NCBI GenBank assembly: GCA_965644295.1
Contig: CBFFRP010000378.1
Coordinates: 434,001-498,000, forward strand
DNA: 64,000 nucleotides
Direction: 5' to 3'
DNA from: Paraphysomonas bandaiensis
Taxonomy: Eukaryota > Protista > Chrysophyceae
The notes beneath the pieces were generated by a model. It was not told the DNA's origin, did not search any database, and worked only from the letters and a program-made list of their open reading frames with translations. Below are positions 24,492 through 36,718 of the stretch, in pieces; the first letter of the stretch is position 1; every line of letters starts with the position of its first letter. Made by a program: the position numbers and the translations under genes.

Positions 24492-27400
24492 TAGGAAGGC
24501 GGGTACGTATCTTGGCGGTATTTTTTTGCACTTTTCAGATGCACTTAAAATAACACTCACTGCATGTCTGATTGCAGTGAAAGCATCATTGGAAACGTGA
24601 TGATTTTACCCATATTTCATTCTAAGTGACGAACTGCACTCATAATCTGAAGCTTTTGATATTCATCCTCAAAGTGAGCGCCTTAAGAGGTTTTTGACCT
24701 CATTTCAGTTTTTGGTTTTTCAAAATGGCGGGATTTTTCCCTCTCAGATGACTGCAAATCACAGTCACTTAAATTAAATTGGAGTATTTGGAGATGGTCA
24801 TTGCTCATAGCGGCCATGTGGCGATACAGGTAGACTAAATGTATAGTGCTTGACACGATGGTGCTCTTACTTTCAACTGATTCGCAGTATTCATGGTGAT
24901 AAGTTCTGGTTGGGGAGGAGGGGTCGATTTCGATACGCCGGCACACCACACCTGCGAATGACCTCAACTGACCTGTAGATATACACTCAACTATTGCTCA
25001 TTATATGCGCAATACTATCAGCACACTAATTTGAGTATATGCTCTCCTCTGCGGCATTGTGCATCACATTTCTGAAATAAGCGTGTGTTTAGATTAGCCA
25101 GACGATGACTCTAATGCTGCACCTCTGGAGCGAAATGGAGGCTCTGGTGAATTGAGGAGGAAAGGGGGAGGACTCTGGAGCTGTTTCGGTCTCAGGGTGA
25201 TGCCCGGATTGAAAATTCACTATTCTACAGGGGTCAGGGTGAGGCATGCGGAACAGCAGATGTAGACAGTGAAATTCATTGCACGGGGCTCTGCTCGCAG
25301 TGAAACGTAGAGGGATCCACATTGACGCAGCCCACCAGCGATCCTTGGCCGAATCTTTTTGGAACTGTGGATGTGGTCAAACCGACTGGTGCTTCCCCCG
25401 TCATGACTGATTGCTATCCTAAACTTTTCAATGGTTGAACACCCAGACTCATAGTGGGTCGACTTTGATCCATGGGACATAGGGCACCCCTCTTGAGGAA
25501 CAGCGGGAGCTCAGCAACAACCTGCACTGGATAAAGGTCAGAGGGAACCTGGCCACCTCAGTATTCATACGATTCATAGTACTAAACCTTGCTCTCCAAA
25601 TATATGTTATTGATGCCGAGTAGTATAGGAGTACTACAAGTGATAGATTAACTAAATTATTATTTTGAATTGTTTTTGTTCTGTTGCATATTTACTAAAA
25701 TTGTTTCTACTTCTTAATTTATATTATGTTACACCCATTGAGATTTACTTAAAATCGGACATTGACTGTGTCGTAGAAGCTGGCTTAGTTTGGTCAACAA
25801 GAAGAAGTGTGTAGCCATCAGTGTTGAACTTTATTACTTTCATTCAACTCGTAATTAAATTTCACACTGGAGAAAGAAAATATTAAAAATCCAAAACAAA
25901 AACGATGTTACGTAAAATCATACATACGACAGAGTTAAAGTAGATACGAATATGTACTGCTGGTTTGTGGTATGTATGCGTTGACTTTGCATGAGCAGAA
26001 GTGATTACAATTGTATGCACTTTATCATGCGAAATATCCAAAGAAAATAAAGGACCGAACAGAATCTCAAAAGAAAATAAAGGACCAAGTGGGGTCAAAA
26101 CAAAATAAGAGACTCGCAAGTACGCGATTAAATAGCAAGTAACCTACGCCGCATCGATTGGCTCTCGATCTGATTCCGATACATAAACCTCCTCTCTCTC
26201 CACCTCCACTCCCCCGTGCAGCTGTTTCAACTTGTCAGACATCAGACCTTCGAGCTTGGCTATGAGGTAGGCCTTCGTGCCAACCTTTAGCTCAGGATCA
26301 ATAGGAGTAGTTGCCTTAGGAAGGACAATTAGTGCGGCCTTTAGAACATCATTATTGGCCGTGCGCCAGTCATATTGCTGGTCGCGCACACGTACCAAAA
26401 GCGCCTCCAACGCCTCAACATGTCGGTGATATTCTTCCATCTGGCGGCGCTCCTTTTTGTCCTTACGGCGCTCTTTAGCCTGTTACCCAGAAGGATGTAT
26501 GCTCACCGTGTCTTGCAGAGAATCGCCTTTCCCTCCGCTCCTGAAAGAGTTTGAAGGTAGGGAAGGCGTGCCCCCAAGGGTCGAAGCCAATTTCGTCCCA
26601 GTTCTCGATATCCTCCAGGTCTGGCCCATATGACGGGAAGACCCCTTTCTCTATACACTCCCTGAGGTGCTGCGTGAACTTACGGGCCATAGTACTCGCC
26701 CGGGTCGGGCAGGCCGCTGCTGCCCGCTTGTAGGAAAGATCGGATTTCTTCGTAAAGCGGGCAAACAATTTTCACCAAAGTCAAAAGTGCAGGGTTTGAG
26801 AAAGTTGTCTCGAATAATGGTTTTACTGCATTTTGCATGATCAAGGCATACCGACTCCGGGTATCCTTGCCTCCATTGGCAGTGCGTACAGCACTGGCAT
26901 GGGCGCGGCAATACTCCCTGGCTAGGGCTCGCAAATGGGCATTGCTATACCTGCACAAATAATTACAAAATGTACACTGTACGTCATCATCCACATCATA
27001 CACTTTCATGTACATACCCATATCCAGCTTTATCTTGAAGGTCCATCTTCGTAGCCATGGAGTGAAGCAATCCTTTAGGACCAGACAGGAGTAATCCAGC
27101 TCCATGATGGCCTTCTGTAGCACAGAATGGTTCGTTGGATCGTTCCGAAACATATTAAACTCCTTCGTAGTGAGTCCATACAACTCCCGGATGGTGTTCA
27201 TATCCCGCTCCTGGGTGCGAATAGAGACACCGTACTCCGTGAGAACATGTTTAGAGCTCTTGCCATCAATTACCCTGGCAATGAGCCCGGCCCTACGCGC
27301 TTCAACTGTGTAAACTTTGTAGCTCTGTTTGACGTCTACCTCAGGGATATTATCGATTGCGCTGATAATCGCCGTTCTGTCGCCATACTGGGGAAGCTGC

Positions 27401-27837
27401 TCGTCTCTTCGGGCAGATCCGGCAAAGCCTCCAACACAAAATTAACCTTTCGCTTGTGAGGTACATTTCCTGGAAGCACACCATACTGCTTGGCACGCTT
27501 AACCTCAGTCACAACATCCCTTTTCCCCAATGGGGGCACTGTGACTTCGTCCATACGACTGTCTGTATGAGTATGAGTGATTCGGGGTCGCTGTGGACGT
27601 CCTCGCATTATAATCGATCAATTCTACATGAAAATCAGATCAGACGACGTCATCATGAGCAGTGATTACTGTTTACTGTACCTGATACAATTATATATAA
27701 TGTAGTTCTTGTATAAGTTTGTGGGGTTGGTTTATAGTAAGATTTAAGGTGGTACAATGATAGATTGACACACGAAAACCCGCCATTTTCAAAAACCTAA
27801 AAAAGAAAACCCGCCAAGATAGATACCTGCCTTCCTA
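24492..27837 (-). mobile_element. 3346-bp non-autonomous TIR DNA transposon with pogo/Fot1-like transposase remnant
   Basis: 27-bp TIRs taggaaggcgggtacgtatcttggcgg and ccgccaagatagatacctgccttccta (3 mismatches). A second inverted match links ~24711-24735 and ~27776-27803. tgacag flanks both ends. Confidence 0.9.
26144..27608 (-). pseudogene. Frameshifted, internally deleted pogo/Fot1-like (HTH_psq + DDE) transposase
   Basis: YTVEARRAGLIARVIDGKSSKHVLTEYGVSIRT is a psq-type HTH. RFTKKSDLSYKR..RA is followed by IENWDEIGF (first catalytic Asp). The frame then jumps to a charged C-terminal tail. Confidence 0.7.
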
Positions 27838-28083
27838 TGACAGCTACTCCAAATAAAAGTGCCACAGCACAGCATTTCTCGTACACAGCTACCACATCTC
27901 CGTGTGATCATTTCACACATACAGTTATAAGTAGCTAACACAGAATACACACATTGCACCAACGAAGCATACAAATCGTATTATTATATAGCAATGATTG
28001 CTTAGTTTTCACATTGCGTTATTACTAAAAACAACATAGTGCACTAATTAGAAACTATTTCAATTAACTCACTGCTGTTGGCA

Positions 28084-29404
28084 ATGGTACCTTCACTAGA
28101 TCAATCATGCGAAAATATTAGAAATGTGCTTGCACAAATAGAAATTGAGTTACCTAAATCTTCTCATACTCATGTAACCGAAACATTAGAACAATTAAAA
28201 GTTAAACTGAATTTATTACTTAATCGATTGAAAGAAATTCCAGTCGACTCATCAGACATTGAAAATGAGGTTTGATATTCTTCATTTTCTTGCTTTTCTA
28301 AATATGATTATTGTAGATATCTCATGCATCGTGTGAACTGATGGAAGCCAAATCATATCTCACTCCCGAGTACCTCTGTGGCATCCCTGAAGAGGAATGG
28401 GATGGATGTGTGCCCCCATCACTGGTGCTAATGGACATTCCTTACGAAGTGCGACAGGGCCAAGGTGGATGGGAATGTAGCAACCAATTATTTGATATTC
28501 GCGGGCCCTCTTACCTTTACGACAACGTTAAAGTAAATAAGATATTCTACTTTTATCATTGACTGTAATCATCTATACAGGTCGCATCCCAGGCTCCTCT
28601 CTTTCATATGAGGGGAGTTCAGATGGTTGGGGTCAACGAACTACGCCCCCACATTGCTTTGGAGCCTTGGACGGCCTTCCCCAAAGAAGACGATGGAAAC
28701 GAGTGGCTCATACTTAACTATATGGTGTGTGCACCTCTATGGTGAATTGTGAGAGTGAAAGCTTTTCACAGGTGCCCGGCAGAAGTCCCTTCCAAATGAT
28801 TTGTTACTACACCGCGTCTAAGGAAGCCAAGCGCGTCATAAGCCCCACAAAAGGGGACAGTACCTGTTCCACTGATGAAGAGCAGCCAACCTCTGAAGGA
28901 TGGGAGAATTGTCTCCGAAAGTTCTGGGAAGCTGATCAGGAATATTGCGATGCCAGGTTTAAGATTATCCCCAACGTGGTGAGTACTGTTTCTTATTTTT
29001 TCAATTTCGCATTAGCCACTCTTTCTTCTGTTAGTGTAATCATATTGTTTTCAGGCGTCTGGACCCTGGTTGGTACGAATGGCAGTTGGTAATAAGCCAG
29101 CGCTGACGGGAATGAAAGTGAAGCAACTCTATACCCGCGGGGACCGATTTTTCGAGGTTGATATGGATATTGGGTCGTCCGCTGTAGCTGCCAGGGTCTT
29201 AGGACTGGTGAGTAGAGCCTGTAGTAGTATTGATAAAATATGCTTACAGTGGTATATCAGGTGCGCGATTTCTGCAGCGTGCTGACTGTTGACGTGGGGG
29301 TTACCATTGAGGGCCAGAGTGACGAGGAGTTACCGGAGCGTGTTCTGTGCCGCATGCAGTGGAAAGGAGTTGACTTCAGCAAAGCGCAGCCTCTTGATCG
29401 CTAG
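28084..29404 (+). CDS. EDR2 C-terminal (DUF1336)-domain protein, multi-exon
   Basis: W...FDIRGPSYLYDNVK, DARFKIIPNV, WLVRMAVGNKPAL, FFEVDMDIGSSAVA and IEGQSDEELPERVL. TAG at 29402-29404. Confidence 0.88.
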
Positions 29405-30045
29405 AAAAATAATGCTTGGTTATATTCGGGGTTCAGATTATGTCTGGTATACGGTATTCGGGTATTAGCCGGATCAATTAGAAAAGTAGTACTACCTGCC
29501 TATATAGATAGCCAAGAATATAGCGAATACTTCATACATTGACTTTGTGTCATATGAGAATAGTCATTGCGGTATACAGTGCTTTCACATTAGAAGTGCA
29601 TGTATGAACATATGACGTAAATAATTCGTACCGAAACGATGTGATTCTCTAATCGGATCTCAATTTTGAAGCACTTCAAATTGGAATTGTTAATGACCTT
29701 TTAGGTGAGAAGAACAATATTTAGAGTAAATACAGTTTATTTTTCTCAAACTGGTAAGCATAGCTAGTAGGGGTACGATGCAATGCACTATGCAATTACT
29801 AATTAGTGTATTGCTTATCGAGCGCCCGACAACCACTTCGCTAATGGTATATTAGCGATGAAATTAATACGACAACTGTTTTAAATAACAATACTATGTA
29901 AGCACCGTAAAGTATTTATCATCAAATATACTGCAATGCTTATTTACGTGTTGCGCGTGACAAGGAACTCCTATACTTCCAATATAATCATCGCAACTAG
30001 CCTAAAATTACATCCCAGGCAGATACAGCGACATAAACGTTGGTT

Positions 30046-30743
30046 TTACTTCGAACCTGTTGATATCTCTTTCGGAGCAGCAGATTTTTCACTCTGACTA
30101 TTCAGACTGAGTGAATCGACACCAGCAGTCACTTCGTCTGCGCTTTTTGCACTATCATCCCCATCGACTGGCTTGTTACCAGATTTTTCCTTTGAAAAAT
30201 TACATCTCATGGCGTAAGCATCCTCACCATCTGCGTAATAACCTCGTTCTATGTCTGTTATTTCATACCCTAAGGTTTGGGAGTACAGGTGGTAGGCTGC
30301 TCTGTTTGTGTAACGAACATGCAGACTACAGTACTCGGCATTGAATGATTCTGCCATTCGAGCATGAGCCATTTTCATTAGCTTCGTAGCAATCCCACAC
30401 TTTCGGTTAGTTTTGGCCACTGCTAGTGACGTAATATGACCATGAGGAACATCCGCATCTTCTTCCATTTTAGCAAGAACATAACCAACAATCTTAACAA
30501 ACACATGAACAGACATCGTTTAATATATAAATATATCTCACCTGTCCCTTATGGTTTTCAGCAACATGAAGTAGCTGTGGCCAAGATAATTGATGGTACA
30601 TATAATACTTCATCTGATAGTTCTCAGGAAGGCACCAGAGATTAGTAGTTTGCATTTGCAATAAATCCTCAGCCTGTAAATTTATTACTCACTTGTGGAT
30701 TAGATGCATTGAAACTTACCGTAGCTTGTCGAATACACACCAT
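30046..30743 (-). CDS. NAA10: N-alpha-acetyltransferase 10 (NatA catalytic subunit, ARD1), 3 exons
   Basis: [67 protein letters not shown] and [11 protein letters not shown]. Confidence 0.97.
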
Positions 30744-30998
30744 TTCTACAATATATTTATAAGGTAGAAATATTTATATTTAATTATATGTGTCCTGAGG
30801 TTGGAATTTAGTGTATTGCTTTACTTTAAGCAGTGAGTGCAGTGCAGTGAACTCGCCTGTCCTCTCTTGGCTCTCAGTTCATTCATTTTCTCTAATTTTT
30901 AGAACTGAATGTCTATAATATCTCCTTTTTTTTCGTTGTCTCCAACTAAATTTTTCTTTATAGTCCTAATTTTATGTGATGAACGAGTTTTAAGTCTG

Positions 30999-31192
30999 AA
31001 AATAGCAGGATTTTAGGAAAAAACAGCCTAATATTAAGGTGAGGGTGGGAAGAAGAGATTTCCCAAAATCCTGAAATCAGATAATATTAGACAAAAATAT
31101 CGTGAGACTCCTCTGTAGAAAACAACCATTGAATAATGGCAGGATTTTGGGAAATATGTGCTGTCTCGTTGGTTATGTATGGTAGTGGGGTG
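30999..31192. repeat. 194-bp direct repeat, copy 1 (truncated MITE plus flank)
   Basis: Identical by eye to 32877-33070. Confidence 0.95.
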
Positions 31193-31599
31193 ACTGTATA
31201 GTACGTATAGTGGTATGGTATACACTGTCATGGAAGAGTGGAATCATATCATCACACTAACGGCCCAATTGCTACATATCACTGACAAGAAGACAGAGAA
31301 CAGCGATCGGAAGCGCTCAGGAGGTAGTCTCAAAGCGTCTATGCACCAAGACAGATAGATATGACGGTGGCATGATGAAACTATTCCCTGAATGATGGAT
31401 ACGATACATACATGAAGATCCACCAGTATCCTCTTCATTGTACCACTCTCATACTGGAGAGTTTCCGAATGATACTTTGATTGAAGTTTTTGGTCATATG
31501 TATTGGTAACGGAGGTGACTACATTCTGGATGAAGAAATTTTTCTACAACTCAGTAAGCAATATCCGGTAAAATAGAGGCAGTCCATCGGCAGATCATA

Positions 31600-31825
31600 T
31601 GACGGTTTATGCAATAGTTTAGATGGCAGTGCACGCAACAGTTTGTCAGCATTTCGTATGACAGTTCATATGAGAGTGCATGCAGCAGTTCAGATGACAG
31701 CGCACGCTGTTAATCCTTAATCGGCATTTCGTATGACAGTGCATGCAACAATCATTCAGATGACATTTATACCACGGTTCATATGAAAGTGTATGAAACA
31801 GTTTAGATGACAGTGCGTCACGTGT
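31600..31825. repeat. Degenerate tandem repeats built on atgacagt(t/g)cat and cagttcagatgaca motifs
   Basis: gcatttcgtatgacagt occurs twice (~31649 and ~31724), and cagtt(t/c)agatg(a/g)cag recurs. Confidence 0.6.
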
Positions 31826-32854
31826 ACTACTTTTTAAAAGACAATTAAAAGGTAAAAGTAATGGTATAGTTCGGCAGTTCAAGTAAATTATTACTATATG
31901 GAGCGTAAGGGCTCAATTGTTACATATCAGACAAAAAACCAAATATATTAACACGTAACTAATAACTATATTACACATGGGGTAATAGAGATTTCCCACC
32001 ACAGACAACTAAACACGCGAATTACACTTCCACTCCCAGCATATCCGAAGCTTGTTGCCAAGAAAAAGTCTGGGATGTTTCGTCATCCTACATCACTTAC
32101 ATATCACCCAGTGTCTTCTTGCTGGCAATATATTATACCATATTTATCACATATAAATGGTATAGTATGTAATACATAGTGTCATACATTACTATGTTAT
32201 AATACATACATTGCATGTCTTCTGTGGATGACTTCAAGTGGGGTGACTTCTTCGATAATTCCTCTCCACAATATATCCACAGCTGAAATATCATACTTGT
32301 AATATCTAAATATGACACCCTCAGTCGTATTCATCGTCCTGTACATACAGACTGATGTTAATCCTGTGAGATATTTAATGGAACACATACATATATATAT
32401 ACATACATATAGTGCGTACATCCCCTACCCCATATATATATTATACATAGCCATACTGGTAGCTGTAGTGGCTTAAGTTCTGTATTCACCTTATTCCGCC
32501 ATCCTATGTGTCGTACCACACACATAAAGAGGGCAATGAGGGCGCTTTTAGCCTTTCTGTGTGTACCTCTCTATAGGTCTTGTATTGTTGTCTCTGAGAT
32601 CATAGGGAGGAACAACTCACCTTGGATATGATCCATACACACAACTCCGTCGAAACACGTCTACGGAAGAGCTGAGATCATTGTTTTACTGATGCTATAG
32701 ACCTTCTATTCATGCGTGTAATCTCATAGTAATGTCATGTATGTATCAAACCATATCAACAGCTAGAATACAAACCGCTGTATTATGTAATACATACCAT
32801 TATACATGTATAACCTCATTCACTGTATTATGTAATACATATATTGACTATACA

Positions 32855-33033
32855 TTTCCCAAAATCCTGCCTTTCTAAAATAGCAGGATTTTAGGAAAAA
32901 ACAGCCTAATATTAAGGTGAGGGTGGGAAGAAGAGATTTCCCAAAATCCTGAAATCAGATAATATTAGACAAAAATATCGTGAGACTCCTCTGTAGAAAA
33001 CAACCATTGAATAATGGCAGGATTTTGGGAAAT
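32855..33033. mobile_element. MITE-like element with 18-bp TIRs; overlaps copy 2 of the 194-bp repeat (32877-33070)
   Basis: atttcccaaaatcctgcc ... ggcaggattttgggaaat, with internal copies of the motif. Confidence 0.7.
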
Positions 33034-33284
33034 ATGTGCTGTCTCGTTGGTTATGTATGGTAGTGGGGTGTTTTTATAGCCATTCCTTGCGAGTCCCCCG
33101 TCGAGCAATACAAAACCTGGAGTACAATACAAGCTTGTATATAGCTATGTATTCCACTGTATACCACCATTAACGGCAGAAGGGATGCTCCACTAACATA
33201 TCAGTGCATGCATATGCATTGAATTCCACTCTTACATTGTTATTATTGTCATAAGTTGGGCGAATCACGTGTAACTTGATAAGA

Positions 33285-36019
33285 ATGGATGCGGTAAAAG
33301 GGTTTTCGAAGTGGATAGGGGCGAATATATGCAATTCTTTGCATATGGACTCCACTGGAAACAGTCGAGAAAAGATCTGCTTTACTACTGCATCACAGCC
33401 CTGTGATTATGTAGATATGGCAACTATGTGTTGTACTAACAATATCAGATTGATTTTACCTTTATCTCAACGCAAAATGTTGCCATTTTATTCCACTATA
33501 TGTGACATTGAAATTATACCGCTGCGTATGATGCATTATACATATACGAGAGACACACATATGGAGATACTGCCATTACATCCCGATATTACGATACTTG
33601 AAGATAGCAGCAAGGCACAAATTACTTTACAACACATTATAGCGTCCTCATTTATTTCCTCCCTTTCTGAGCTGACTGCAGACATATCATGTGTAAGCGG
33701 TGAGATAAGGGTGGAAGGGAAGTTAGTTGCAGCAGCAGTAGCAGGGCATGAATATTTTTATGTATATCGTTGGTGTGATTTATTTACTGATAAAGATAAG
33801 CTGGTAGGAATGATTACCGCTGTTATTGCAAGTTGGCGTGCCAGATTTCCAAACACCTCTGAAAGACTGTTGACTGTTCTCTGCAGTGGGGAGGAACTTA
33901 TTAACGATGCCTTGAATATGTGTAATTTCCTTCCCCATCCAGCATGCCAGTTAATTGATAATCCAGATGGTCTATTTGACTGCATTCGTTTCTCGAAGCT
34001 AATTCCTATGCCCTCACTCTCACTCCCCAGGGAATCCGACGGTGACTATCCAGATGCTATATTTCTTCTCATGGGACAGAGCAATATGGCAGGACGAGGA
34101 GAAGTTAGTGAGCTTCAAGACTTCTCCGGATGTATTCAATCTATTCAAGAGCGAGTGCGGGCCCTACACCATGGTTGGGAGGAGAGAGGCCACCCCCCCT
34201 TTGTAAAGTCATTAGAGACACATGCCTCATCTATTTTTCTTGATGTCCCATACAAGTCGAGGGTATTCACTTTCAACCCCATGTCCCTGAAATGGAGTAC
34301 TTTGTATGTTTACATTTATTGTACTCTTTTTCACTGACTTGCTGTTCAGGGACAATGTCATGGAACTGCACCGTTCAGTAGATATATTAAAATCCCCAGG
34401 TCTTGGTCCCGGTCCGAGCTTCGCCTGCCGTTACTTAGATATCAATGTAAAACTACTGACTTCGCGTTTACCGTGGTATATGATTACGTGTGTTTCAGGG
34501 AAATACATGCAGAGTAGGCCTTATACCAGCAGCTGTGGGGGCAACCTCTGCTGAAGAATGGATGCCGTATTACTGCCCTACATATTCCACTGGCTGTCCT
34601 GTTGTTGATGGTGACTCTTGTATCCATCCACCGGCGTATATATATCACAAGGGATGTGTAAATTTGTTTTCATGTGCACTGAGAAGTCTGCACCAGGCTC
34701 TTTTACAGCTTGTTCTCCAGCGAAGGCAAATTTTTTCTCGACCCTCAATGGAAGAAAAATGTACTACTCTGCGCAATATGGTGAAAGGTGTACTGTGGTA
34801 TCAGGGATGTAACGATGCTTTGGATGTAAATAATGCTGAAATTTTTGGCGATAGGTTTGTGGAATTTGTCGATTTTGTCAGAGAGAGTGTGGACATAACT
34901 GTGCGAGCCGTACTAAAGCAACTTTTTTCTCCCATGTCAACTCTTTCATTGGACTCTGGCATACCCACCATTGGCCCACTTATCCCCATTGTGAATGTGG
35001 CTATCACAAGTACACGCCCTTGGCTGACAGAAATATCTACTGTCCGACGACATCAGTTGAATGCATGCTGTCGCGTAGAAGCGTTGCGCACGGTGGATGC
35101 CCTAGGGAGCATTTTGAAAGGAGACTGCATTCACCTGGCTGCCCCAGCTGCAGTTCTGATTGGGTACTTAATGGCCGATGCTTTATGCGAAGCTGCCAAT
35201 TGCACGTCAGTGCAAGTCACGGATGAAAACGGAATTCGTCGTGTTTGTGATATGATGAATGCAAAGGAAAGAAAATGCCTCGATGTGTACCTTGATGCTA
35301 GAAAGCAGGCTGAGTTTGAGATGGACGAGCGATACAACGCGGCGCAGGCTACACCAAAGGAAGGGAGGAAGGTGTTCCCAATACTCCGGACCGGTCTGAA
35401 GCCTGTAAACTTTGTGTATGGTGAGGTGTCATTTGAAGGTGCTGCAATGATATTGCACGAAATATCTTTTCGTAGAGCTATACACGCTTCAAGCAATGAG
35501 TTATCACTGCCACTAAAATTTGTGGATCTGGGGTGTGGTGCCGGGAATGCCATGGCTGCTGCGGCTCTTACTGGGGGTTTCGGTGTAGTGATGGGTATTG
35601 ACCTAATGCGGTCGAAGCTTGAAACGTGTAGTCTTCTCCTTGGTCATATTAGAGAAAGAGCTCGTATCGACACACCCGACGCGCTGGTGAAAATCTGGCC
35701 GGAGATATCCGTCATTGAGGGGAACTTTGTTGAGGATATAGAGAATTGGATTGATTCTGACGTTGTGTTTATATGCTCCACTTGCTTTGCAATAGACCAG
35801 ATGACCATTCTTTACGACAAATTCAAGCAGCTCAAGCACGGGAGCACTGTGGTACTTCTTGACAAACGTATTACTGATACAATTTGCGAAGATGGGGAAC
35901 TAGTTGCATCTCTTAAACCAACACAGGATGTAGAGCACAGAACGATGGAGATGATATTTAGTTGTCAAATTCATGGATCATGGGGCACTGCATGTGCTTA
36001 TATATACCAACGGATTTAG
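33285..36019 (+). CDS. CE6/SASA (DUF303) SGNH acetylesterase fused to a DOT1-like class I SAM methyltransferase
   Basis: Esterase motifs FLLMGQSNMAGRG, GLGPGPSFA, VGLIPAAVGAT, GVLWYQGCND and DCIHL. In the same exon follow FVYGEV, FVDLGCGAG, GIDL, EGNF, DVVFICSTCF, LKHGS and SWG. The start is uncertain. Confidence 0.8.
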
Positions 36020-36718
36020 ACTTTACTATTATAGATATTATAGGAAATACGGAAATACGTACGTTGTGGAATCAATAGCTACAAAGTAGATCTACTCCGT
36101 ATTTCATTAACGAGATAGTAGATATATATGATGGAATGTCATTGAATTTACCGTTTATGATGGTGGTGTCAGCCAACTCCCTTTCTTGCTCTCTTCGAGA
36201 GGATTTCGTCTGACTCGTACTGCTATATACCTATATACTATATACATTGCTCTATATACTTCTTACTGGGAGAAGTTGGTTCCAACACAATAGAATTTTA
36301 GAGAAGATCCAAAACTATCAAGAATAGTAGACAAAGTAAACAAGTGATCGCTGCATATATTTTCAGCAATGTATAAAAGAACAAAGAACCACTTATTTAT
36401 GACTGTATTTATTACTAATTACTAAAATTGAATACGTTTAATCATTTATACCTTGGCTAAGTTATTACTCCAAAACCTCAGATTAAAAATGTTTGTCTCA
36501 TTAGATGATAGAGTTCCACTATGCTGACACGCCTACTGCGTACTAATAAGACGTTAAATAATGTTTGTCTCAGCTAGAAACACACGCAACTATTACACCG
36601 TTCAAATATTATAGTACAAACAATCATACCATTAGACAGTCAGCATATGCACTGTCTTCCACGTACAATAGTTGCTACAACCATTGCGCCCTCTACTAGA
36701 AAAAACGTTGGTCAGTAC

